This document shows positions 10,087 to 19,424 of a stretch of DNA of 64,000 nucleotides, in pieces. The DNA is taken from positions 49,330-113,329 of the IMG/VR virus record IMGVR_UViG_3300035698_026135. One strand, written 5' to 3'. Made by a program: the position numbers and the translations under genes. The DNA is from a virus. Every line of letters begins with the position of its first letter. Position 1 is the stretch's first letter. The notes under the pieces were generated by a model that did not search any database, was not told where the DNA came from, and saw only the letters and a list, made by a program, of their open reading frames with translations.

Positions 10087-10419
10087 ATGGATAAATTTAA
10101 TATATTTGGATTTCTTTTTGAGGGTGGAATGTTGAGCGAAGAGGGAGAAGAGGAAGAGCAACCCGAAGCTGAACCCGAAGCTCCACAACAGCAACAGCAA
10201 GCTGAGCCGACACCAGAGAAAAATGCTGAAGTCGTTAGTCCCACGACAAGTCCTTTCGATCAATTTACTGGAGAAACAATTCAGAATATTGAATTTCAAC
10301 CACATGAAAATGGTGGAAGTTTTACAATTAAAGTCGCCAACTCGAATTTGCCAATCATTATTAGTTGGGCTGGCGATCGAGTCACCATGAAGCACAAGGA
10401 TATTGTCTCACTAACGTAG
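10087..10419 (+). CDS. Hypothetical protein with capsid-targeting-like N-terminus
   Basis: MDKFNIFGFLFE..MLSE followed by an acidic/Gln-rich linker. Confidence 0.7.
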   Translation: MDKFNIFGFLFEGGMLSEEGEEEEQPEAEPEAPQQQQQAEPTPEKNAEVVSPTTSPFDQFTGETIQNIEFQPHENGGSFTIKVANSNLPIIISWAGDRVTMKHKDIVSLT

Positions 10420-10438
10420 TCAATATATTTTTGTTTTA

Positions 10439-10447
10439 CTATTTAAA
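10439..10447 (+). promoter_or_regulatory. Putative phage late promoter CTATTTA (representative copy)
   Basis: TA(T/A)TTA recurs before structural genes at 7598, 10440, 11565, 14472, 14589, 19413, 22423, 27291, 37476, 49295 and 62817. Confidence 0.6.
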
Positions 10448-10450
10448 CAT

Positions 10451-11536
10451 GTGAAACTGAAGCTTACAGACATTCTGAAGGAATTGGTTGGAGGTCCCAG
10501 CCTTCGTCCTCAAGGCCCTTCAGGCGCAAACCAACATCTATTCCCACACCATGGCCTATACGGCAAATTGGGCGGAGGGAAGCCTAAAGCTTCCAATAAA
10601 GCCCCATATAACGATAAGGATTCAGATTTAGAGAACGGCGATAAAATGGCCGACGAAGCACAACCAAAAATAGAAGAGCTTCCTTTGGAGAATCTATTTA
10701 AATTTACCACATCGGCCAACGATAATACATCGTTTCCTCGTCCTCCAACTATGGGAGCGGGATCAATGGCCGCATATGGAAAAGACACTAATGCGATCGA
10801 CTCCTTCGATACGAGCGATGAAGGAAATGAGGAGCGATTCAAGACACTTAAGGGCCGCGAAGACCAAAGAGCTAAGATTACAGAGCTTGCAGGGGGGAGA
10901 GAGAGACACCCTCGCGATGACAATGATTACTCCACCAAGCAAGGCTGGGCCAACGGAATTCCTGGCCGAGACAAAAAAGACATCGAAGCTGGTGATTTAA
11001 AAGTAGATGAAATGATGAAAGATAGAGCACCCGATGCTGACGCTGGAAAGATCTATAAAAGGATTGTAGGAGAATCTCATGCTGGCCCACTCAAGGAAGG
11101 GGGCGCCGATTCGTCCTTTTCGAGAATGAATTTACAAAAAACGATGAAATCGCCCCAAAGTGATTTAAATTTTTGGAATATTATTGATAGAGAAAATATA
11201 TATCTATTAACGAACCCTAACAAAAAGGAAAAGAATGACAAAAGGAAAAGAAGAAAAGTACAGATTGATAAGAGATTCCACAAAGCGGCTGAGCTAACTC
11301 ACGTCCCCGTTGTGGCTAAGCACCTAGAAGTGAAAGCAGAAGAGGTGAATGGAGACATTAGAAAACTAATAAAGAAATTTTGCAAAAAAGTGAGAAGAGA
11401 AGAAGTTCTTAAACCATTTTATGGAAAATTGATGCACTATACTCCAAAGTCTGAAATCAAAAGACAGAAAAAACTGTCTGCGATATATTCTCAGAAAAAG
11501 AAGGAAGAAAAAGAAGAAAAGGAAGAAATTTTATAA
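10451..11536 (+). CDS. Putative internal head protein fused in frame to a C-terminal ribosomal protein bS21-like domain
   Basis: N-terminus MKLKLTDILKE, disordered middle, bS21-like C-terminus. The fusion may come from a 1-nt deletion at 11240-11243. Confidence 0.7.
   Translation: MKLKLTDILKELVGGPSLRPQGPSGANQHLFPHHGLYGKLGGGKPKASNKAPYNDKDSDLENGDKMADEAQPKIEELPLENLFKFTTSANDNTSFPRPPTMGAGSMAAYGKDTNAIDSFDTSDEGNEERFKTLKGREDQRAKITELAGGRERHPRDDNDYSTKQGWANGIPGRDKKDIEAGDLKVDEMMKDRAPDADAGKIYKRIVGESHAGPLKEGGADSSFSRMNLQKTMKSPQSDLNFWNIIDRENIYLLTNPNKKEKNDKRKRRKVQIDKRFHKAAELTHVPVVAKHLEVKAEEVNGDIRKLIKKFCKKVRREEVLKPFYGKLMHYTPKSEIKRQKKLSAIYSQKKKEEKEEKEEIL
11235..11536 (+). CDS. rpsU: Ribosomal protein bS21 homolog (domain from about 11312; likely ancestral start ATG 11235, out of frame as written)
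   Basis: LEVKAEEVNGDIRKLIKKFCKKVRREEVLKPF..LMHYTPKSEIKRQKKLSA aligns by eye with the bS21 pattern (V..NE..D.ALRRFKR..K.GVL.E.R.R.FYEKP...RKR.K..A). Sits directly before scaffold and major capsid genes. Confidence 0.75.
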
Positions 11537-11599
11537 TTTCTCTGCCTTTTAGGAAATTATTGCATAATTAAATGTAAATCTAAAGGAGTTAAATAAACA

Positions 11600-12559
11600 A
11601 TGGCAAAACGCAATATTCTTCAAGAATCGATTGTTGAAGCAAAACAACTAAAAGAGGCTGCTTACGAAAATGCCCAGAGTGTGCTCATGGAGCACTTGAA
11701 GGATAATGTAAAGCAGTTTGTTGACGACCAGATTAATGAGTCTCTTCTTACTGAAGCTGACGAGGTTTCCGACGCAGATTCATGCGGTGACGATGAAGAA
11801 GTACAAGAAGAAGGTTACAACATGGAAGGAGAAGAGGACATGACAGACGATGAACTAGACCTAGAGGAAGTTCCCGAAGAAGAGGAAGAAGACGAAGAAG
11901 AAGAGTGTGGAGAAGACGAGGACGTGTCCGAAGGCTTCAGCGAAGAGGATCTAGAAGAAGCGATTAATGCTGCTTTGTCAGAAGTAACCCACGGCGGACT
12001 CGGAGACATGGATTGGATTGAGAACGATGGCGAGAAACACGGCACCGGGATCGAAGATTTTGATTCGAAAGAAGACGGATGGGAAAAGAAACGCGCTCCC
12101 AAAGCAACCGATGCTAAACTGTACGGTGGCGAGCAATACCACGAGAGTCTCAAAGCGAAGATTGCATCTCTTGTAAAAGAGAATGTTACGCTTAAAAAGG
12201 CTCACAAGAAACTCTCAGAGGCTCTTAGTGAAACAAATCTTTTTAACGCAAAATTGTATTACGCTACACAGCTAATGCAGAATGAGTCGCTTAACTCAGA
12301 TATCAAGACCAAGATAATTAAAAAAATGGACAAGGCCACGACTCGAAACGAGGCGAAAGGCATTTATGAGTCCGTAGAATTTGCTATTGGATTAATGGGT
12401 GAATCAAAGAAGACTTCCAAGAAGTCAAAACGTTCACTTTCCGAAGCTTATGGTTCTGAAGGCAAGTCAGCTGGCACAGGTGCCGGCGTAACAAATACAG
12501 CTCTTACTGAGTCGTATATACGTCGCAGCCAAATCCTCGCTGGTATTGTCAAAGAATAA
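11600..12559 (+). CDS. Prohead scaffold/core protein
   Basis: Very acidic, coiled-coil, LSETNLFNAKLYY, C-terminal RSQILAGI. AAGGAG SD. Directly upstream of the major capsid gene. Confidence 0.8.
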   Translation: MAKRNILQESIVEAKQLKEAAYENAQSVLMEHLKDNVKQFVDDQINESLLTEADEVSDADSCGDDEEVQEEGYNMEGEEDMTDDELDLEEVPEEEEEDEEEECGEDEDVSEGFSEEDLEEAINAALSEVTHGGLGDMDWIENDGEKHGTGIEDFDSKEDGWEKKRAPKATDAKLYGGEQYHESLKAKIASLVKENVTLKKAHKKLSEALSETNLFNAKLYYATQLMQNESLNSDIKTKIIKKMDKATTRNEAKGIYESVEFAIGLMGESKKTSKKSKRSLSEAYGSEGKSAGTGAGVTNTALTESYIRRSQILAGIVKE

Positions 12560-12580
12560 TAGGAGGCACAAGGAAAGAAA

Positions 12581-14209
12581 ATGAATTTTAAAGAATTAAC
12601 ACAAGATACTCGTAACGAGCGAACTTCACAGTCCGCTATCTCACGAAAGAAAGTTGCCAAATGGCAAAAGACAGGTCTTCTCGAAGGCTTAAAGGATGCC
12701 CGCACGAAAGCCAATATGGCTCGACTGCTTGAGAATCAGGCGGCATCGATGCTTAATGAGGCATCAGACACATCCGACGTAAAGGGATTTCAGGCTATTG
12801 CCTTCCCTATGGTACGTCGTGTTTTCGGCAACCTTTTGGTTGGCGAAATTGCATCGGTTCAGCCGATGGCACTTCCATCTGGTCTAGTCTTTTGGCTCGA
12901 CTTTACACATGGTAGTACCGGAAAGGCTGGTACTGGCCGAGACGACTGGTCATCCGGTGGCTCGGTATTTGGAGATCCCGTTGGACCTCTTACCGGTGGT
13001 GCTGATGGAACTGGAGGTCACTACAACCTTCATAATAGTTATACTCAATTCGAAGCTTCGGCTGCGGTTGGTCTAGCTTCGTCAGGTTCGGCAACTTGGC
13101 TTGAGGTCGAATATGATCTTGAGCTTTCGTCCGCTGTAGCTGGCGACACTCTTTGGAAGGTCACTGTTGACCTCGACGAGAATGCTGCAATCACAAATGT
13201 GGATCAATCAAACTATAAGAGTTTTGCCATCTCGGGAGCAGTGAACGCAGGTGTCACTCGCTACTACAGACGTCACAATTTGTTTGATACTGCCACCAAT
13301 ATCCTAACTGTCTTTTACACTGGTGCCGCTGCGCTCGATTCGGGCTCGGCTGTTCAAGTTGCTTATGTCAAGAAGGATGTTCTTGGAGCAGATACGAATG
13401 GTACAACCTTGAGCCCCGCGTTCGAGTATGCATTTGATAGTGCAGATGACATTCCAGAGATTGATATCAAAATTACATCTCATCCGGTCACAGCTAACAG
13501 TCGTAAGTTGAAAGTCAAGTGGACTCCAGAAGTCGCGCAGGATCTTAACGCTTATCACACTGTTGACGCTGAAGCTGAGCTTACTCAGGTGATGGCCGAT
13601 CAGGTGGCACTCGATATTGATTCCGAGGTACTTCAAGATATGGTCAACAATGCGAAAGCAGCGAAATACTACTGGGACCGTCGTCCTGGAACGTATGTCG
13701 ATAAGGCAACAGGCGTGGAGATCACTGGACCTTCCTTCACGGGTAATGTTCAGGAGTGGTATCTTACTCTCATGGAAACAGTCCTTGACGTAAGTAACAC
13801 GATCCACCGCAAGAACTTGCGCTCAGGAGCTAACTTCATGGTGACATCACCTGACGTAGCAACAATCCTTGAGTCAATGGTTCAATGGCGTCCTTCGATT
13901 GATGTTGGCGATCCAAAGCAAACTAAATACTCGATGGGTATTGAGAAAATTGGTACACTTGCAAACCGTTTCACGGTCTACAAAGCTCCTTTCTTCTTCC
14001 GTAATATGATCCTAGTTGGATTTAAGGGAGACGAGTGGCTTGAGACTGGATACGTCTATGCTCCGTACGTTCCGATGATCGTTACACCAACGATCTACGA
14101 GCCCGATAACTTCACTCCACGCAAGGCGGTCATGACCCGTTATGCGAAACAGATCATCCGTGGTGATTATTACGGTCTCGTGGTCGTGAAAGGAATGAAT
14201 ATTTTCTAA
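12581..14209 (+). CDS. gp23: Major capsid protein (T4 gp23-like)
   Basis: KWQKTGLLEGL, LLENQ, FPMVRRVF, SVQPMALPSGLVFWLDF, RKLKVKWTPEVAQDLNAYH, GYVYAPYVP, FTPRKAVMTRYA. Likely maturation cut LNE60|A61. Confidence 0.97.
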   Translation: MNFKELTQDTRNERTSQSAISRKKVAKWQKTGLLEGLKDARTKANMARLLENQAASMLNEASDTSDVKGFQAIAFPMVRRVFGNLLVGEIASVQPMALPSGLVFWLDFTHGSTGKAGTGRDDWSSGGSVFGDPVGPLTGGADGTGGHYNLHNSYTQFEASAAVGLASSGSATWLEVEYDLELSSAVAGDTLWKVTVDLDENAAITNVDQSNYKSFAISGAVNAGVTRYYRRHNLFDTATNILTVFYTGAAALDSGSAVQVAYVKKDVLGADTNGTTLSPAFEYAFDSADDIPEIDIKITSHPVTANSRKLKVKWTPEVAQDLNAYHTVDAEAELTQVMADQVALDIDSEVLQDMVNNAKAAKYYWDRRPGTYVDKATGVEITGPSFTGNVQEWYLTLMETVLDVSNTIHRKNLRSGANFMVTSPDVATILESMVQWRPSIDVGDPKQTKYSMGIEKIGTLANRFTVYKAPFFFRNMILVGFKGDEWLETGYVYAPYVPMIVTPTIYEPDNFTPRKAVMTRYAKQIIRGDYYGLVVVKGMNIF

Positions 14210-14240
14210 GCAATATCAAGTACTTAGAGAGATCTTAGAT

Positions 14241-14263
14241 AGGCCGCCTTCGGGCGGCTTTTC
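14241..14263 (+). terminator. Rho-independent terminator after the major capsid gene
   Basis: GCCGCC-TTCG-GGCGGC hairpin (cUUCGg loop) followed by TTTT. Confidence 0.88.
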
Positions 14264-14301
14264 TAATTGTATATTATAAAACCTTTGTTGTAGTTACTAG
14301 T

Positions 14302-14464
14302 ATGCACAAAGAAGAACTTGAGAGACTATATAACCACAACCACACAAGCTATGGAATGCAAAGAACTATGGAATACAGATAATGGAACCACTCTATGCAT
14401 ACCCTGTCACAGAAAGACTCCCACTTGGGGATACGGCTCAGTAAAAATATCGAAAAATATATAA
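14302..14464 (+). pseudogene. Internally deleted, frameshifted HNH endonuclease remnant
   Basis: MHKEELERLY from 14302, then in another frame from 14330 ITTTTQAMECKELWNTDNGTTLCIPCHRKTPTWG (HNH C-terminal half). Confidence 0.75.
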
Positions 14465-14481
14465 AATTATCTATTTAAAGG

Positions 14482-14580
14482 AGGTAAGACCTAGTAGAGA
14501 TTGTATTCGAGCAGGTATTTGGGTCCAGGTGGAAATAGAAGCCACGATAGCAGCAATTCTATTGTTGTTTTATTTTTCTT
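14482..14580 (+). ncRNA. Candidate small structured late RNA
   Basis: Lies between CTATTTA (14471) and a terminator-like hairpin AGCAGCAAT-TCT-ATTGTTGTT plus T-run. Internal stems GACCTAG/TTGGGTC and GTGG/CCAC. No well-placed ORF. Confidence 0.35.
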
Positions 14581-14600
14581 TTTAGCTCTATTTAAATACG

Positions 14601-15761
14601 ATGTCAGAACTATCCTTCGTCTCCTTTAGTGGAAGCACCCGCCCAACAGCCTTCGGAACCTACGACCTAGACGCGACCTTCCAAGCAGATGCGGATAAGG
14701 TCGTATATTACGTTCAAAGAGAGCTTGGCTCTCCCGTTCTTGATTCTGAGCTTGATCTAAGGTCTATTTGGACCTCGTTCGAACAAGCAACGATCGAATA
14801 TAGCCAAACAATCAATGCGGCCCATGCTCGAAATATCCTCCTTGATATGCTGGGCCAGGGAACAGGATCTCTCTCTGGGTCTGAGCAAGCTTTCCCGGTA
14901 AATAACTCAACCCAGTTTGCACGACGCCAGACGGTTCAATACTCGCACGAGTTTGGCTCAGGAGGCCCCTACAAGTGGTTTACTGGGTCCGTGACCCTCG
15001 TACCAGGCCAACAGCATTACGACCTCCAGGCGTCCATCTCAGCGTCTCTAGTGGGCACGCCGGACGATGGTAAGGGTATCACAATCAGAAAGGTCCATCA
15101 TTATGAACCAACCGCAGCATTTAGATTCTTTGACACGACCAGCGTCATGAATTTCATGGGTAACTCCCTGGGCTTTGAATCATATTCCCCAGAGACGATT
15201 TTCTATCTGTTGCCAATTTGGGAAGATGTTCTCAGAGGTATACAACTTGAATTAAATCAACGAGTTAGAAGGTCTAATTATTCTTTTGACCTCAAAGGAG
15301 GCCAGATAACTCTATACCCTGTTCCAAATTACCCCACGCCTCTATTTTATGAATTTAGCTTGGACCAAGACCCAACAGACGAATCACAACTCCAAGGGCT
15401 TAAAACTAAAGGTGTTACGTCAAACATTTCAAACATCGCCTTCGGGCATTTGGGATATGATGATATAAATTCCATAGGCAAAACCTGGATTTGGAGAATG
15501 ACTCTAGCTATGTGTAAAGAGATCTTGGGCCATATTTACAGCAAATATCAAAATATTCCTATCCCAGGACAGCAGATCACCCTCAATGGTGCTGATCTAA
15601 TTGCGCGAGGAAGAGAAGATCAAGCAAACTTGAGACTTGAACTCAAGGAACTCTTGGAGCAAATGAGTTATAAAAACCTCATCGCAGACAGGCAAGAGCT
15701 TGAAGATAACGTACAAAGGGAGTGGTTAAGGGTACCACTTTTAATTTATTTGAGCAAGTGA
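14601..15761 (+). CDS. Neck/head-tail adaptor protein (gp13-like)
   Basis: ELGSPVLDSEL, RVRRSNYSF, WIWRMTLAMCKEILG..SKYQNIPIPG..ITLNGADL. Position after the major capsid gene. Confidence 0.75.
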   Translation: MSELSFVSFSGSTRPTAFGTYDLDATFQADADKVVYYVQRELGSPVLDSELDLRSIWTSFEQATIEYSQTINAAHARNILLDMLGQGTGSLSGSEQAFPVNNSTQFARRQTVQYSHEFGSGGPYKWFTGSVTLVPGQQHYDLQASISASLVGTPDDGKGITIRKVHHYEPTAAFRFFDTTSVMNFMGNSLGFESYSPETIFYLLPIWEDVLRGIQLELNQRVRRSNYSFDLKGGQITLYPVPNYPTPLFYEFSLDQDPTDESQLQGLKTKGVTSNISNIAFGHLGYDDINSIGKTWIWRMTLAMCKEILGHIYSKYQNIPIPGQQITLNGADLIARGREDQANLRLELKELLEQMSYKNLIADRQELEDNVQREWLRVPLLIYLSK

Positions 15762-15789
15762 GCCTTGTATAGTAGGCTATTATTACAAA

Positions 15790-16059
15790 ATGATAAATAT
15801 CGATACAGAAAAACTTGTTGAAAAACACAGCCAAAAAGACCTGACCCTCAAGGAGTTAGCCAACTTTTTTGAGTTCCTGAAGAAGAAGGGAATAGAGATC
15901 GACAACGGAAGTTTTGAATTTTCTCCCCATATAACAATAAAACATTGCGACAATGAGCCGAACGTCGAAGTGCTAAATTTAAATCTTGATTTTGAAATAG
16001 ACAACATCTCCTTTGCGTCCCATGGAGACAAACAGATTGTGAGGCTCGGAAATGACTAA
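15790..16059 (+). CDS. Hypothetical protein
   Basis: 89-aa ORF overlapping the next start. Confidence 0.6.
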   Translation: MINIDTEKLVEKHSQKDLTLKELANFFEFLKKKGIEIDNGSFEFSPHITIKHCDNEPNVEVLNLNLDFEIDNISFASHGDKQIVRLGND

Positions 16060-16873
16060 TACATATGACGGAGAAAGACTTACTAGAAACTATGGCCTCG
16101 TGGATGTCGATAGAGCGTTTCGCGATTGGTGGACGGACAAACTTTCTCTCAATATAAAAGACCAAGACGGCCACAGTAAAGAGATCCCGATCTTCTTCTT
16201 CTCATCAGAGCGATGGAGCAAAGCTAGAGAAGATGCCAACACGGAAAAATCTCTTTCTGGTGTGAGAGACGAGAACGGAACACTCGTCCTACCATTGATT
16301 GCCATTATTAGAAACCCTCCGAGTTCAGGAAACGATGGGCCATACGGAAGAACATTTGCCGAAACAAAAGGAGAGGTGACGTACTCCAGAAGAATTCATC
16401 CAAAATCTTCAAAGATTAAAAACCTGCTCGAAGCAAGACCAAGCAGTATTGATCCCAACCTTCCTATCTATGAGGTTTTCACAGCGCCAGTTCCAGATCA
16501 CTATCAACTAACCTATGAAGTAAAGATCTGGACCCAGTACGTTGAGCAGATGAATGAGATAATAGAAAAGCTGGGCCAGGAACTAGATTTCAAATCAGAG
16601 CGATCTTTTCAATTTAGTACCAAGGATAAATATTATTTTATCGCATTTCAAGATGATGACTTTCAAGATGAGAGCAACCTGAATGAATATTCCAGCGAAG
16701 AGAGAATTGTTAGAATGACGACAAAGTTTTCTGTTGCTGCTCATATCCTGCCTCAATCTGACCAGAGAGAGAATACCCTTAAAAGATATTGGTCTCAGAC
16801 TAAGCTGGTAATCAAACAGGAGACTGCATTGACCAACGAAGAGTTTGACAGGCTCACAGGGAAATATGAGTAG
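16052..16873 (+). CDS. Tail completion/sheath stabiliser (gp15-like)
   Basis: VRDENGTLVLPLIAI, PVPDHYQLTYEVKIWTQYVEQMNEIIEK. Neck-region position. Confidence 0.65.
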   Translation: MTNTYDGERLTRNYGLVDVDRAFRDWWTDKLSLNIKDQDGHSKEIPIFFFSSERWSKAREDANTEKSLSGVRDENGTLVLPLIAIIRNPPSSGNDGPYGRTFAETKGEVTYSRRIHPKSSKIKNLLEARPSSIDPNLPIYEVFTAPVPDHYQLTYEVKIWTQYVEQMNEIIEKLGQELDFKSERSFQFSTKDKYYFIAFQDDDFQDESNLNEYSSEERIVRMTTKFSVAAHILPQSDQRENTLKRYWSQTKLVIKQETALTNEEFDRLTGKYE

Positions 16874-18775
16874 GTGAAGTTTGATTTATCTAAAATATTT
16901 AGAAAGCTCATTACAGAAGATGCTGAATCGAAAGAATACCTGAAGGGACTCAACGCAAAACAGCTTCAAAAGGGCGCTCGACCTCCAGAGGGAGTAGACC
17001 CAAAAGAGTTCTATAATAACCTCCAACAACAAATCTCCCAAGAGGCTGAGGACGGCCCTATCTTCAACGGTAGTATACTGGGGTTTGTAGAGTCGATTCC
17101 ATACCAGATGGACAAGAGACAAACTCAGTGGGTTGGAAATTTAAAAAAGCAAGGCGCTGCCCTGGACCCTGGACCGCTGGGCCAGGTCATTTCTTATACG
17201 AGAGCTAACGATATTGACATCTCTCAATTTCCCGATCTCGAAACAGCTAAACAGAGCTTTGACGATTGGGTAGCGGGGTCCGACGAAGAAGATGACGGTG
17301 ACCTTGGTGGGTATGCAACAAACCATGTCGCCATGGACTTTCCTGACGGATACAAAATTGTAAATATGACATCAGAAGATCTTGAGACCGAAGGCGAAAA
17401 GATGGGACATTGCGTCGGTGGGGAAGATTATTGCGAAGCTGTGGACACAGAGCAGTCCGAAATATACTCACTAAGAGACAAGCAGAACCAACCGCACGTA
17501 ACCCTAGAATATGATTTAAACGAAGAGCAGGTCGTTCAGATATACGGGAAGCAGGACGAAGATCCGATTCCGAAATACCATCCTTATATCTTTCAGTTTT
17601 TGATGAAGATGAACGACCCGGAGCAAGCTGCCGATTGGGCCGATGATAATTCTTTGAAAGGTCTCGTTCAACACGAAGATCACTCTGTCCGCGCATCCAT
17701 TGCCGGAAACAAAAAGATGACTCCAGAACTTCTTGATATTTTGGCCAACGACGAAAGCCATATAGTTCGAGAGATGACAGCAGAGAATAAAAACATCTCT
17801 CCTGAAGCTTTAGATAAAATACTCGACCACGAAGATGTCACCAGCATGACAAGAAAGAACGCAGCAGAGAACCCCAGAGCCAACGCCGCCACGCTAGAAA
17901 AGTTATATAAATTAGAGGACGAAGAAATCAATTGGAGGATTGTATCAAACCCCAATGCAGATAAAGATATCGTCTTAAAGATTTATAAAGATGTTTTAGG
18001 GAGTTCGAAGTGGGATTTCAGATACGAAGAGAAGTTCGCAGAAAATGAAAATACTCCCTCTGATATCTTGAATGATATTTCCCTGAAAACCAAAAGGCAT
18101 CGAACCACCGAGAAGCTTGCTAAAAATCCAAACTCTCCACCCGAAGTGTTGGATAGGATAATGGATAAATACCTTGCCAACGATCCAATCATCGATAGCG
18201 TTATTGTTCAGTATGTTGCATACAATAAGAACACCTCCGAAAAAACTCGCCACAAACTGATAGATACTGGATCTTTTCTTCGTCATCTTGCGATAGTCAG
18301 AAACTTGAGTGTTGATACGATCAAAAAATTGATTGACGCCTCCCTCTCAAAACAATCTCCTCGCGACCAAACCAAGACGTTTTGGGAAATTGCCTCAAAT
18401 GAAAATGTGCCCAAAGAGTATCAACGGAAAATGGAAGATAGCGGAGAAATCAGTGTTGCAAATAAGCTTGCACAAAATAGAAATTTAGATCCAGATCTAG
18501 CTAGAACACTTGATAAACGTTACGGAAGCGAAGCGCAGCAAATACTGGCGGCAAATCCTGCGATTCCTGACGACTTGATCATAAAATATATTAGCCACAA
18601 AAATCCGTATGTTAGGGTTGCGGTTCTCACCCAGAGTTCAGAAAGGCTCGGCCGAGAAGCTCTTGAAAAACTAAGTAAAGACGATTCTGGACCAGTTGCA
18701 GATAATGCCAGAATAAAGATTCAAGAACTTAGCGAATCATTTAATCCGCCTCTTCTGGGATTTTTCAATATTTAA
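16874..18775 (+). CDS. PcfJ-like domain plus LRV/HEAT-like helical repeats, with capsid-targeting-like N-terminus
   Basis: DLETEGEKMGHCVGG..Y..IYSLRD..NQPHVTLE, then more than ten ~25-aa A.NPN...L..L repeats. N-terminus MKFDLSKIFRKLITE. Confidence 0.78.
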   Translation: MKFDLSKIFRKLITEDAESKEYLKGLNAKQLQKGARPPEGVDPKEFYNNLQQQISQEAEDGPIFNGSILGFVESIPYQMDKRQTQWVGNLKKQGAALDPGPLGQVISYTRANDIDISQFPDLETAKQSFDDWVAGSDEEDDGDLGGYATNHVAMDFPDGYKIVNMTSEDLETEGEKMGHCVGGEDYCEAVDTEQSEIYSLRDKQNQPHVTLEYDLNEEQVVQIYGKQDEDPIPKYHPYIFQFLMKMNDPEQAADWADDNSLKGLVQHEDHSVRASIAGNKKMTPELLDILANDESHIVREMTAENKNISPEALDKILDHEDVTSMTRKNAAENPRANAATLEKLYKLEDEEINWRIVSNPNADKDIVLKIYKDVLGSSKWDFRYEEKFAENENTPSDILNDISLKTKRHRTTEKLAKNPNSPPEVLDRIMDKYLANDPIIDSVIVQYVAYNKNTSEKTRHKLIDTGSFLRHLAIVRNLSVDTIKKLIDASLSKQSPRDQTKTFWEIASNENVPKEYQRKMEDSGEISVANKLAQNRNLDPDLARTLDKRYGSEAQQILAANPAIPDDLIIKYISHKNPYVRVAVLTQSSERLGREALEKLSKDDSGPVADNARIKIQELSESFNPPLLGFFNI

Positions 18776-18780
18776 AACAA

Positions 18781-19329
18781 ATGTCATTATTTAGATCCAA
18801 GAAAGATATCGCTTTTATCAAACGCATCAACCGCGAATTGATCGAGAGAGTTATTGGCGAAAAGATAACATACTATCCCATCTCAAAGCGCCTCTCAGAA
18901 GAAAACATATATGGAGAAGCGGTCTCGAAAGTTGTTGACGCACCAGTTGAAATATATGCTCTCGTCGAATGGCTTCCTCAAGAAGTAAGCACAACGACCT
19001 TTGGTCAAGATAAAATCTACAACCTAAATGTCTTCATTCATGACGAACACCTAGAACAAATAGAGCTGAAGCCCACAGAAGGCGATGTTATTGATTATGA
19101 TGACAAGAAGTTTGAAATCACACAAATACAGACTCCAACTCAAATATTCGGCAAAGCGGGCCAAGAAATAGGAATTCAGTTGGTATGCACCACTATCCGT
19201 GAGAGTCAATTTAAAATCTCTGTCTCTGGAACAGTCGAAGATCCTGCGAGAACTCGACCTGATGATGATGCCAAAATCGATACCCTATATGGAAATAGAA
19301 CCTTTCCTCATTCTGGAAGTAACGGATAA
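18781..19329 (+). CDS. Neck/head completion protein (gp14-like)
   Basis: ELIERVIGEKITYY, NIYGEA..K...PVEIYALVEW, EGDVIDYD..KFEI. Confidence 0.7.
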   Translation: MSLFRSKKDIAFIKRINRELIERVIGEKITYYPISKRLSEENIYGEAVSKVVDAPVEIYALVEWLPQEVSTTTFGQDKIYNLNVFIHDEHLEQIELKPTEGDVIDYDDKKFEITQIQTPTQIFGKAGQEIGIQLVCTTIRESQFKISVSGTVEDPARTRPDDDAKIDTLYGNRTFPHSGSNG

Positions 19330-19424
19330 CTATTGATTTTGTATTTCTAGTACAATATCTGAAAAGATATTAAAAAACTTTAGAAAAAACTGCTTTTGGG
19401 TGGTTTTTTTTCTATTTATAGTCA

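Noticed and set aside
14520-14556. SRP RNA-like motif (CAGG..GGAA..AGCAGC)
   Set aside because: Spacing and pairing do not fit the SRP domain IV hairpin. Kept only as a generic ncRNA candidate.
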